DNA from: Clostridia bacterium
Lineage (GTDB): Bacteria > Bacillota > Clostridia > UBA1381
NCBI GenBank assembly: GCA_045612845.1
Contig: JAZKZV010000023.1
Location: 71,819 to 135,818 of the forward strand
Direction of reading: 5' to 3'
Length of the DNA stretch: 64,000 bases
In this document: positions 12,011-20,624 of the stretch, one piece after another
How the letters are laid out: every line of letters starts with the position of its first letter
How positions within the stretch are numbered: the stretch's first letter is position 1
Notes under the pieces: generated by a model
The model's database searches: none
Told to the model about the DNA's origin: nothing
The model's input: the letters and a program-made list of their open reading frames with translations, nothing else
Translations under genes and position numbers: made by a program

Positions 12011-12129
12011 TCATTTTACCTCTTAAATAATTATATAAATATTTTAACATAAAACAATAATATGGTCAAGGATAATAAACAAAAAAAGGTTGTTTTAAAA
12101 TTCAACAACCTTTTTTGTTAGAGAGTTCC

Positions 12130-12600
12130 TTACTCCTTAATTTGTGATTCTATTTCGTCTGCTTTCTCAAAGCTGACCCCTTCGATATGAATATTGACTT
12201 TTTCAACACTAAGACCTGTCATGGTTTCTACATTGTTTTTAACACTTTCTTGTATTTCCCATGCAAGCTCAGGGATTCTTACACCGTAATCCACCACGAT
12301 ATAAATATCAATTCTTACGCAACCTTCGCCCATTTCTACCTTTACGCCTTTAGAAGGATTTTTTTTGGCGACAAACTTTTCGGCAACAGAGCCAGCAAAT
12401 GACGAGTACATTCCCGCAACTCCGTTTATCTGAGAGGCAGCAATACTCGAAATTGTTGCGACAACGTCAATAGAAATCTTTACATTGCCTACATCACCCT
12501 CCTCAGCATCATTTTGTATATCGAGGTCGGGAGTTGCTTCTTCAACGATTTCTTCAACAACTTCTTCGTTTTTTGTGATTTCGTCCATTGTATTTACCAT
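12130..12600 (-). CDS. Asp23/Gls24-family protein (YqhY-like position downstream of spoIIIAH)
   Basis: Asp23-type core (ISIDVVATISSIAA...VNIHIEGV). An Asp23-family gene follows spoIIIAH in the same way in Bacillus. Confidence 0.8.
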   Translation of the reverse strand: MVNTMDEITKNEEVVEEIVEEATPDLDIQNDAEEGDVGNVKISIDVVATISSIAASQINGVAGMYSSFAGSVAEKFVAKKNPSKGVKVEMGEGCVRIDIYIVVDYGVRIPELAWEIQESVKNNVETMTGLSVEKVNIHIEGVSFEKADEIESQIKE

Positions 12601-12685
12601 AGCCTTTCTGTCCGCAAATTTTTATAAAGATAACGTATGCGAACTTACGTTATTTTTCTATTATACATATATTATAACAGAAAAT

Positions 12686-13294
12686 TTACTTAACTTCAAC
12701 TATTTTTATAGAATTTGCAGATAAATTTAATGTATCAGTTACAATTTCGGTAAGTTTTAATACGTCGTCAGCACAAAAACCTTCTTTCTTTACTGTTATT
12801 CTTGCACTGTCATCGCTTACATATGCACATATTTCGCTATAACCTTTTGATTGTGCTATGCTTTCAATTTCATTCTCTGCCTCTATTTCGGAAGAAATAT
12901 TTATTATCTTATCACCTGCCTTTTTTCTTATTTCTTCGTCAAAGTTTGTATTAGCGGCTGTTGCATTAAGAATTTCCATAGACTTTGAGCGTGCGCTCTC
13001 GCGCTCTAAACGTGCCCGTTCGAAATACCCTCCGTCAGTATCAGTAACGCTTTCTACTGTTGAAGCGGCTTTGTCGTCATCAGAAGCGTCCTCTTCTGAT
13101 TCCTCGTTGATTTCCTCCACATCTTCCTCAACATTTGAAACAAATTGTGCCTCGCCAAGCTTTTTGCCGGTTTCTATGTAGCTTTCGCCATCACTTACCT
13201 CTATTGTATCCTGATACGACCAGTTAAGGTATCCTGCAATTCCTATGAGCAGTACCAATGACGCTGCTACTATTTCTTTCTTTTTAAAAACCAA
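12686..13294 (-). CDS. spoIIIAH: stage III sporulation protein AH
   Basis: Last gene of the spoIIIA operon. Has a transmembrane anchor, an acidic linker and a YscJ/FliF-like C-terminus. Preferred start is TTG at 13294, 7 nt after an AGGAGG RBS; the track ORF extends to 13345. Confidence 0.65.
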   Translation of the reverse strand: MVFKKKEIVAASLVLLIGIAGYLNWSYQDTIEVSDGESYIETGKKLGEAQFVSNVEEDVEEINEESEEDASDDDKAASTVESVTDTDGGYFERARLERESARSKSMEILNATAANTNFDEEIRKKAGDKIINISSEIEAENEIESIAQSKGYSEICAYVSDDSARITVKKEGFCADDVLKLTEIVTDTLNLSANSIKIVEVK

Positions 13295-13295
13295 A

Positions 13296-13805
13296 TCAAT
13301 TACCTCCTTTTTTGTAAATACATATTTTGTGTGCGTCCACATCAAGGGCTGCCATAACAGCTCGGGTGAGTTTTTCCTCTACAGAAGCATTATCAGCACC
13401 CTGTGCAGTTACAATAACGCCCTTAACTTGGGGATACACCTCGTTTATAACCATAGGTTCACCGTCGTTCATAACAGCTTTTTCGTCGTAGCTTTCATTT
13501 CCGCTACCAACCAATGTGGTGTTTTTTCGTTTCTCGTAGGCTATGTTTTTCTCGTTTGTCCCGTAGTAGGTTATCATTACACTTACTTTGCCTGCACCGT
13601 CTATGTCTTCGAGGATTTCCTTTAAACGTTCCTCCTCGCTTTCCGAGACAGGTGCAGAAACCTGGGTTGTAACATTGTCCTTTGTGGAGCCGCCAATAAA
13701 AGAAATAAAGATAAGTCCTATTATAACTATTAAAATTAACACACGATTATTCTTGTTTTTAATTATTTTTTTTAGCATGTCTTTTTCCATTTGCAACCAC
13801 CTCAT
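13296..13805 (-). CDS. spoIIIAG: stage III sporulation protein AG
   Basis: Operon position, a single transmembrane segment and a conserved C-terminal domain (VKGVIVTAQGA). Confidence 0.7.
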   Translation of the reverse strand: MRWLQMEKDMLKKIIKNKNNRVLILIVIIGLIFISFIGGSTKDNVTTQVSAPVSESEEERLKEILEDIDGAGKVSVMITYYGTNEKNIAYEKRKNTTLVGSGNESYDEKAVMNDGEPMVINEVYPQVKGVIVTAQGADNASVEEKLTRAVMAALDVDAHKICIYKKGGN

Positions 13806-14226
13806 TAACGTTATATACTTCCATAAGTCTTTGTATTATTTTACTGTCATGCACAGGAGAGTGCAGTGAAATCTCACTTATGCTTTTTATGTTTCCGTCT
13901 TCTGTTAAAAGCTTTATTGATACATTGCCTGTATAGTCAAACTCATCTTTTAATCTTTCTTTTATATCTTTTTCTATTCTTTGGGATATGGCATCAGAAA
14001 CAGAAGCAGAATAAATCCGGGTATAATTTTGGGTATTGGCGCTGATATCGTCTAAGCCTGAGAAAATATTGATATCTGTAAGAGCTGATAACGGTGCAAT
14101 AATTGCACTTATAATTATAAAGCCTGTTATTATGCTTACATACTTGCGCATACTTTCGGGAGTAAGCATAACACCTACAGACGAAAGCAATGTTGCACCG
14201 ATTATTGTGATTATGTAGCTCTTCAT
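13759..14226 (-). CDS. spoIIIAF: stage III sporulation protein AF
   Basis: Operon position and two N-terminal transmembrane helices. Confidence 0.65.
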   Translation of the reverse strand: MKSYIITIIGATLLSSVGVMLTPESMRKYVSIITGFIIISAIIAPLSALTDINIFSGLDDISANTQNYTRIYSASVSDAISQRIEKDIKERLKDEFDYTGNVSIKLLTEDGNIKSISEISLHSPVHDSKIIQRLMEVYNVNEVVANGKRHAKKNN

Positions 14227-14374
14227 TTTTTAGTAATTCCTTTCTGTACCTGATGAGACAAAATCAAGTCTGCAAGAAAATTGTTTGAATTGTTATTTGA
14301 AAAAGCGACGACGTATGTTGATACTCCAAGCTTTTGAAAATGGCAAGGCAGGCAATTTAATTCAGACTTATCTC

Positions 14375-15433
14375 CTATGTACTAAAGCCGATTATCATAG
14401 CTATGTTTACTATAAATAATACTGCCACCATAATTACAATAGCAAAAAGAGTAGTAACAGACTTGCTCATATCCCAAATCATTGAGCTTATTTTTGTATC
14501 TGTAACAGGCTCGCACATAGCCCCTACAAGCCTTAGTATAAATTGTATTATTCCTATTTTTATTACGGGTATAGCACATATGCCGACAATAGCAATAATG
14601 CCTGCTGTACCCGTTGCATTCTTCATTATTCTTGCACCGCCGATGAGTGTTTCCAATGTGTCGGATAAAAATCCGCCTACAACCGGCACAAGCGTGCCAA
14701 TTGTAAATTTTACAGACTTTGCACTCATTGCATCAAGAGCGGGTGCATTAAGACCATAAATTGCGTTTACACCTGTGAATATAGTTATAACTGCGGCTAA
14801 GAGCCATTTCGAAACGGAGTTTATTACCTTGGAAAAACCGCCTAATTTTACACCTGAGCTCATGTTTGATGCAATGCTTAAAATAGCACCAAACACAATA
14901 AGCGGTATCAGTGTTTTTTCTATAATAATAGAAATCACATAAACAGTTCCTGATAAGACTGGCTCGAATGATGCGGCGCTTACGGGCTTTCCGCTTATTG
15001 CAAGTGTAATCATTATCGCGGGGGAGAGCTTTGTAATAAAAGTACACATGGTGGATGTTACGTCTACTGTGTATTCGAGTGCAATAGAAAAGCATTTTAA
15101 ACAAAGAGCACTCATGAGAGCATAAACGGTAAAAAATGCCGCCTCTGCGCTTGTTTTTTCGCCAAGCGATGTTGAGAGTACATTGGTAATTGAGCTTATA
15201 ATTGCAATGATTATCATGGTAAGCATAAAATGTGCTTCGTTTTTTAATTCGTCTGTAAGGTTAAAAAACAAAAGCTCTAATATCTTTATGGGATTAAGAG
15301 TAAAATCACCATGGCTCAGAGACGTAACTGCATCATTAAAAAGCTCTTCGCCCTCTATGTGTGGAATTTCTGCACCTGAGGCAGTAGCACAGAATATGAG
15401 AAATATAAAACTAAATATAACCAATCGTTTCAA
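14375..15433 (-). CDS. spoIIIAE: stage III sporulation protein AE
   Basis: Signal sequence followed by a polytopic membrane protein. Operon position fits. Confidence 0.8.
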   Translation of the reverse strand: MKRLVIFSFIFLIFCATASGAEIPHIEGEELFNDAVTSLSHGDFTLNPIKILELLFFNLTDELKNEAHFMLTMIIIAIISSITNVLSTSLGEKTSAEAAFFTVYALMSALCLKCFSIALEYTVDVTSTMCTFITKLSPAIMITLAISGKPVSAASFEPVLSGTVYVISIIIEKTLIPLIVFGAILSIASNMSSGVKLGGFSKVINSVSKWLLAAVITIFTGVNAIYGLNAPALDAMSAKSVKFTIGTLVPVVGGFLSDTLETLIGGARIMKNATGTAGIIAIVGICAIPVIKIGIIQFILRLVGAMCEPVTDTKISSMIWDMSKSVTTLFAIVIMVAVLFIVNIAMIIGFST

Positions 15434-15803
15434 TGCATACCTCCAGAAAACCCTCTATAATTGGCATTGTCATAAACAGTATAAATACCTTACCTGCCAG
15501 GAAAACCTTTTGTGCAATGGCATTCTCCCCGCAGTCGCGAAGTAGTTCTCCGCCATATTGGGTTATATAAGATGTACCTACAACCTTTATAATTATTTCA
15601 AAATACTTCTTGTCCACACCGCTTCTTTGAGTAATTTCAAAAATTGAATTAACAACAGAAATCACAACCTCTGCAGTGTACGACATTATTATAATTGCAC
15701 ACACAAGCGAAACACCTATTGCAAATTCTTTTCTGTATTCTCTCAAAAACAGGGACAGTAAACCGCCTATTAGTGCAATACCTATAACCTTAAAAATATC
15801 CAT
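15411..15803 (-). CDS. spoIIIAD: stage III sporulation protein AD
   Basis: 130-aa integral membrane protein at the expected operon position. Confidence 0.7.
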   Translation of the reverse strand: MDIFKVIGIALIGGLLSLFLREYRKEFAIGVSLVCAIIIMSYTAEVVISVVNSIFEITQRSGVDKKYFEIIIKVVGTSYITQYGGELLRDCGENAIAQKVFLAGKVFILFMTMPIIEGFLEVCIETIGYI

Positions 15804-15805
15804 AG

Positions 15806-16000
15806 CTACAAATTAAAAATAGTCTTTACAGTTTCAAACAGTGTGCTTATTTCTTCTATTATAATTAAAAGCACCGCAATAAGTCCGGCAATGGTGGTCA
15901 TAAGTGCCATGTCATCACGCCCGGCGCGCGATAAAAGCTGATTTAGTACAGCAATTACAATACCTACACCTGCAATCTGAAAAATTAAATCTACATTCAT
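15806..16000 (-). CDS. spoIIIAC: stage III sporulation protein AC
   Basis: 64-aa two-helix protein starting MNVDLIFQIAGVGIV. The longer track ORF (to 16111) would overlap spoIIIAB. Confidence 0.7.
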   Translation of the reverse strand: MNVDLIFQIAGVGIVIAVLNQLLSRAGRDDMALMTTIAGLIAVLLIIIEEISTLFETVKTIFNL

Positions 16001-16004
16001 AACG

Positions 16005-16508
16005 CTACACCAGAACCAGACACAAAAATGCCCCTGTAAGAATACCGCCGCTGCTGTATAATCTGCAATATTTTTGGCACTCGTAACGTGCGGAGGTAAT
16101 ATGTATATCAAGCATATTCATAACACATTCTATTGTTTTTACCTGTTCATTCTCGTCTGTCATACCAAGTTTTGCACCAAGTAAAGAAAGTGTATGTATA
16201 TCCTCTTTGTTAAGACATAATTGAGATGCATTTTTATTTATGGAAAATTGCCATGCCTTAGATGCGCCCATTTCTTTTATGTTGTCAGACACACTCTTAA
16301 AAATCCCTGAGGTATCGGATAGCTTGTGTGCCTCTAAAAAAGCTTTTGATATATCGGTGTAAGTAAAGCGAATGCAGCTTTCTAAAATTCTCAGTGCGTT
16401 TTTTATCTCGGTAAGATTTTTTAATCTGCTCTTTAGCTTAAAGCTTTTATAAAATCCGTAGGTAGAGCAAACAATAAGCAGTAGAAAAGCAAAAATAAAT
16501 TTAAACAT
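16005..16508 (-). CDS. spoIIIAB: stage III sporulation protein AB
   Basis: Operon position, an N-terminal transmembrane segment and a GspF-like soluble part. Confidence 0.7.
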   Translation of the reverse strand: MFKFIFAFLLLIVCSTYGFYKSFKLKSRLKNLTEIKNALRILESCIRFTYTDISKAFLEAHKLSDTSGIFKSVSDNIKEMGASKAWQFSINKNASQLCLNKEDIHTLSLLGAKLGMTDENEQVKTIECVMNMLDIHITSARYECQKYCRLYSSGGILTGAFLCLVLV

Positions 16509-16529
16509 AAAATTAGTGTCCCCTTTGTT

Positions 16530-17483
16530 TCATAAAACAGTATCGTTTTTGTGTATTTCCATCTTAAATTCTGAAGTCTTATAGTTTCGTGATAAAACTG
16601 CAAAAACATCAAAGAAATCTACAAGAGATGCAAGGTCGCCACGCCTTCTTATATCATCTGGGTTAAAACCATGTATAGTGGTAATAATTCTTACACCGCA
16701 GTTTATAATGTCCGAAATTGCTTTTATATCCCCGGGTGTACCGATTTCGTCAGTTGCTATTACCTGCGGGGACATGGACCTTAAAGCCATCATCATACCG
16801 GTGGATTTTGGAACTGAGGCAAGAATATCGGTATTTAATCCTAAATCAAAATGTGAGCGTCCCTCGCTTAAGGATGCTATTTCGTCGCGTTCATCAATAA
16901 CACTTACCCTCATGCCTTTGTCTGAAACTTGTCTTATAGCATCACGCAGAAGTGTGGTTTTTCCTGCACCTGGAGGTGCAATAATAAGTGTATTTTTAAT
17001 ATCATTGTCTTTATATATGCTTTCAATAAGCTTGTCCGCACATCCCTTTGCCTCGTATGCAAGGCGATAGTTCAGGGTGGATATGTCTTTAATGAATGTA
17101 ACCTTGTCCTCTTTTATAACACCGCTTCCGCATATACCTATTCTGTGTCCACCGTCTATTGTTATAAATCCTTTTGATATACTGTCTTGTTTGGCATACA
17201 TAGATGATTTTGTTGCAATCTCTATTGCCTCATCTATATGTGCTCGTGTAATCTTGATTGTCCCTTTAAGACTTTTGGTTAAAAAACCTGTGGAATTAAG
17301 ATAATATGTACCATCACTGTAATATAGCATGAGAGGCTTGCCCAAGCTCATACGTATTTCATAGGCCTCCTCAAAATTTATGCGGTACATGTATTTTCGT
17401 ATTGATGCTGGCATAAATGCAAGTATCCCTCTGCATGCATTCTGTTGTGTTGCAACGTACATCTGGTGTATAGCTCCTTTCAA
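16530..17483 (-). CDS. spoIIIAA: stage III sporulation protein AA (secretion-type ATPase)
   Basis: Walker A APPGAGKTT and Walker B region VIATDEIG. First gene of the operon. Confidence 0.85.
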   Translation of the reverse strand: MKGAIHQMYVATQQNACRGILAFMPASIRKYMYRINFEEAYEIRMSLGKPLMLYYSDGTYYLNSTGFLTKSLKGTIKITRAHIDEAIEIATKSSMYAKQDSISKGFITIDGGHRIGICGSGVIKEDKVTFIKDISTLNYRLAYEAKGCADKLIESIYKDNDIKNTLIIAPPGAGKTTLLRDAIRQVSDKGMRVSVIDERDEIASLSEGRSHFDLGLNTDILASVPKSTGMMMALRSMSPQVIATDEIGTPGDIKAISDIINCGVRIITTIHGFNPDDIRRRGDLASLVDFFDVFAVLSRNYKTSEFKMEIHKNDTVL

Positions 17484-17554
17484 TTATATGTATAAATAAT
17501 CTATTATGAAAAAAATGAAAATATTACTCTTTATCAGATTCTCATGGGACAAAC

Positions 17555-17722
17555 TTATTCACATATACGTGGATAAAATTATGAAATTGGCATAAAAAGG
17601 AAAAAATAAATAATACATAACGTGGATAAGTGCGTGGATAAGTAGGATAGTAAAATTTCTGTAATTAAAAAGTAAATAAAATATACGAATAATATTAGAA
17701 AGTGTTAATATGAAGTGGATAT
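17555..17722. promoter_or_regulatory. cluster of DnaA-box-like 9-mers in the spoIIIAA upstream region
   Basis: TTATTCACA (17555-17563). CGTGGATAA three times (17568-17576, 17621-17629, 17633-17641). Weaker AGTGGATAT (17714-17722). The consensus is TTATCCACA / TGTGGATAA. Confidence 0.45.
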
Positions 17723-17840
17723 GAGTGCAATTATAAAATCAAAGCAACTACTTGAAATATACGCTCATTTATGTTAAAATGTTCTAAGTTTATACATAAG
17801 ATTGGCATAGCGGGGGGGTAATACTCCAAAGAGGTTTTTT

Positions 17841-18701
17841 ATGAAAGAGATATTTCCGAATTACTATAGAAAATTTAAATGCATTGCCGGGGAGTGCAAA
17901 CATAACTGTTGCATAGGCTGGGAAATTGATATTGATGAAGACACAATGGATTTATACAGTTCCCTTACAGGTGAGTTTGCCGAAAGGATAAGGGGAAGTA
18001 TTGAGGGCGAAGTTCCGCATTTTGTGTTAAAAGATGGTGAGCGTTGTCCGTTTCTTAACCAAAACGGTCTTTGTGATATTATATGCGAGCTTGGTGAAGA
18101 TGCAATATGCGATATATGTTATATGCACCCGAGGTTTTGTAATTTTTATGAAGATTTTACCGAAGTGGGATTGGGGCTATGTTGCGAAGAAGCAGCAAGA
18201 ATTATACTAACAGAAAATGAAAAATTTTCGCTCAGCTTGCCCGTCGCAACAGAAAATGACGGATTTTTCAGAGAACGTGCAGAGGTTTTTGATATTTTGC
18301 AAGAAAGAAATATATCTATTCTTGAAAGGCTTAAAAAACTTGCTAAGAAATATAATCTCAAAACAGAATTTTCAAATGAGGAGTTATATAATTTTTACAT
18401 ATCCCTTGAAAGACTTGACAATAGCTGGGAAGATAAGCTAAAAAAACTAAAAATTGCAGATGATGCAGATATATTTAAAAGAGAGGATTTACAAATTTTT
18501 TTTGAGCAGCTTGCGTGCTACTTCGTATTCCGACACTTCCAGAGCGGTGTTGGATTTGCCATTTTAGGTTGCCGGGTAATAGGAAAAATATGCGCTGCTT
18601 GTAAAAATTCAGAAGAAATGCTTGAAGTTGTAAGAATGTATTCCGCTGAAATAGAATACTGCGAAGAAAATGCCAAAAAAGTAAAAGAGTATCTTAAGTG
18701 A
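17841..18701 (+). CDS. Cys-rich FliB-family protein (putative lysine-N-methylase-like)
   Basis: N-terminal pattern YYRKFKCIAGECKHNCCIGWEIDID, typical of this family as I recall it. Confidence 0.45.
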   Translation: MKEIFPNYYRKFKCIAGECKHNCCIGWEIDIDEDTMDLYSSLTGEFAERIRGSIEGEVPHFVLKDGERCPFLNQNGLCDIICELGEDAICDICYMHPRFCNFYEDFTEVGLGLCCEEAARIILTENEKFSLSLPVATENDGFFRERAEVFDILQERNISILERLKKLAKKYNLKTEFSNEELYNFYISLERLDNSWEDKLKKLKIADDADIFKREDLQIFFEQLACYFVFRHFQSGVGFAILGCRVIGKICAACKNSEEMLEVVRMYSAEIEYCEENAKKVKEYLK

Positions 18702-18734
18702 TTTATTTTAAGAATGAAAATATTATGAATGATA

Positions 18735-18766
18735 AAAATGAGCATAAAAATATGCTCATTTTTATT
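18735..18766 (+). terminator. intrinsic terminator
   Basis: AAAATGAGCATA / TATGCTCATTTT stem followed by a T-run. Confidence 0.75.
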
Positions 18767-18849
18767 TACACAAAAAATTGACTTATATAATAAGGTTTAT
18801 AAATATTGGACTGACAGAGCATAATAAATAAAAAGGAAGTGATTTAAAA

Positions 18850-19524
18850 ATGGAATTTATTAAGGTTATTCTTACTTCATTGCTCTCAGTAGTATCATTA
18901 TTTGTGATTGCTAAAATAATGGGACATAAACAAATGGCGCAGCTTGATTTTTTTGACTATATTACAGGTATTACCATTGGCTCTATAGCAGCTGAGCTTG
19001 CAACTGAACTGGAAGCACCGGAAAAACCTCTTATTGCAATGATAGTTTATGGTCTTGTTGCAATTGGGCTTACAATGCTTGCACATAAATTTCCCAAAAC
19101 GCGTAAATATGTAAACGGAACCCCGACTATTGTAATGGATAATGGAAAGTTATATCGGAAGAATATGAAAAAAGCAAAGCTGGAACTTTCTGAATTTATG
19201 GTTTTATGCCGACAGGAAGGATATTTTAATATAAATGATATTCAAACAGCCATTTTTGAGTATAACGGAAGAATTACAATTTTACCTAAAAGTGAAAAAA
19301 GACCGCTAACGCCTGAGGATATGAATATTACACCTGAAAAAGCGCAAATATGCACGGAGATTATTATGGACGGTCGGATTATGCATGCAAATCTGAAAAA
19401 GCTTGGTCTTGATTTGACGTGGCTTGATAAACAATTAAAAAAGCAAAAATATAACAACGCAAAAGAGATATATTTGGGAATTTGTGATAAAAACAACAAC
19501 CTTACTTTATTCTCCATAAATTAG
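18850..19524 (+). CDS. DUF421 (YetF/YdfS-like) membrane protein
   Basis: N-terminal transmembrane helices, the FDYITGITIGSIAA motif and a soluble C-terminal domain. Confidence 0.7.
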   Translation: MEFIKVILTSLLSVVSLFVIAKIMGHKQMAQLDFFDYITGITIGSIAAELATELEAPEKPLIAMIVYGLVAIGLTMLAHKFPKTRKYVNGTPTIVMDNGKLYRKNMKKAKLELSEFMVLCRQEGYFNINDIQTAIFEYNGRITILPKSEKRPLTPEDMNITPEKAQICTEIIMDGRIMHANLKKLGLDLTWLDKQLKKQKYNNAKEIYLGICDKNNNLTLFSIN

Positions 19525-19567
19525 TTGTTTGCATTTTGCTACATTCATAATGAGAGGGGTCTAAAGG

Positions 19568-19906
19568 TTATGAATTTATAAAATCCTCTGCCACATCTCT
19601 TAGATGTATCAATGAAAGTTCTTTGTTATTGCATAAATCAACCAGTGATTTTACATTTTCAAATTCAGTAGATAAATCTAAAATGTAATCTGCTATTTCT
19701 CCGTTTTTTATAGCGCCTATACCATATGTATCATATGTTACATCTTCGATTTCGACTTTGCTGGACAGAGTAAAATAAAAAACACTGTCGTTCTTTATGT
19801 GGGGTTGTAATATTTCTTTGATTTTAGCTGATAGAAATATTAAACTATTATATGTAATAACCCCATACTCTTTAAATGTTTTCTCGTCATATTTGTAGCT
19901 AATCAT
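19568..19906 (-). CDS. hypothetical protein
   Basis: Start chosen at ATG 19906 (MISYKYDEK), 7 nt after an AAAGGAG RBS. The longer track ORF has no RBS. Confidence 0.4.
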   Translation of the reverse strand: MISYKYDEKTFKEYGVITYNSLIFLSAKIKEILQPHIKNDSVFYFTLSSKVEIEDVTYDTYGIGAIKNGEIADYILDLSTEFENVKSLVDLCNNKELSLIHLRDVAEDFINS

Positions 19907-20237
19907 TTCTACGCTCCTTTTCGACATGTAATGTTTCGTTTCGTTTCGACCTTTTAATGTTACATGAAGTTTACAAAAAAATAAAGGGGCAAGTTTGACT
20001 ATTATGGTGCAAATATAATTTTTAAGGCTCAAAAACCATAAAAAAATATAATACTTTTGGTATCAAAAATGATACTCAATAACTTAAATGCGTTGAAAAT
20101 ACAAGGAAATTTATACATTAAAAAAGTATCAAATTTAATACATGCTGTCGGATATACTGATAGGAATGTTTTCTTGTATAAAAACAAAATTGCCGGGTTT
20201 TTAAACATTTAGATACAATATATTTTGTCAAAAAAGG

Positions 20238-20266
20238 TTGTTATTTTCGACTTTATATGCTATAAT
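20238..20266 (+). promoter_or_regulatory. sigma-A type promoter driving modular element copy 1
   Basis: TTGTTA (20238-20243), 17-nt spacer, TATAAT (20261-20266). The same GGT(A)TTGTTATTTT context occurs at copy 3. Confidence 0.6.
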
Positions 20267-20269
20267 GAA

Positions 20270-20403
20270 TTCAACAAAGTTAAATTCAGCTAAATTCGCG
20301 TTCCGCGAGCTAAATGTGCTGACGCACGCTAAATTACTTCGTAGCTAAATTGACCTTCGGTCAGCTACAAGGCGAATTTAATTTAGTTACTCCAAAGGAG
20401 TTA
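20270..20403 (+). ncRNA. modular AGCTAAAT/mini-hairpin element, copy 1 (candidate structured RNA or leader)
   Basis: 5' box TTCAACAAAGTTAAAT. AGCTAAAT-type units at 20288, 20308, 20328, 20343 and 20363, each followed by a 10-12-nt self-complementary segment. TAAATTCGC (20291-20299) pairs with GCGAATTTA (20372-20380). Terminal hairpin ACTCC-AAA-GGAGT. Confidence 0.5.
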
Positions 20404-20404
20404 G

Positions 20405-20620
20405 AAAGCCTCGGTTTTAAAAATGCCTATATGGGCATTTCATGGTGCAGAGGATACGGTTGTCAGCCCGACACAATCGGATGAAATGGTTCTGTAATTA
20501 CAGGAAGCAGGCATGGACGTAACATATACCAGAATCGACGGGGTGGGGCACAATATCTGGGAAAATGCATACAATAAAGAACTGTTAGAATGGTTATTAA
20601 GTAAAAAAAGAAAAGGATAG
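20405..20620 (+). pseudogene. 3' fragment of an alpha/beta-hydrolase (esterase / S9-type) gene with an in-frame stop
   Basis: Translation ...MPIWAFHGAEDTVVSPTQSDEMVL*LQEAGMDVTYTRIDGVGHNIWENAY...LLEWLL carries the Asp (HGxxD) and His (GVGH) regions. The nucleophile half and a start codon are absent. TAA lies at 20495-20497. Confidence 0.6.
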
Positions 20621-20624
20621 TTAA

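Noticed and set aside
16001-16111. N-terminal extension of the spoIIIAC ORF
   Set aside because: The extension overlaps spoIIIAB, and the conserved 64-aa protein begins at MNVDL.
17484-17560. Sigma-E promoter of spoIIIAA
   Set aside because: ATATT-like and CATATAAT-like elements exist on the minus strand. Their spacing does not fit the sigma-E consensus well enough to annotate.
20265-20348. 27-aa ORF (MNSTKLNSAKFAFRELNVLTHAKLLRS) inside modular element copy 1
   Set aside because: Its ATG overlaps the -10 box, it has no RBS, and neither the frame nor the start is conserved in copies 2 and 3.
20288-20371. CRISPR array
   Set aside because: The repeated unit is only 8 nt (AGCTAAAT). The intervening 10-13 nt are self-complementary hairpins, not spacers. 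No cas genes are present.
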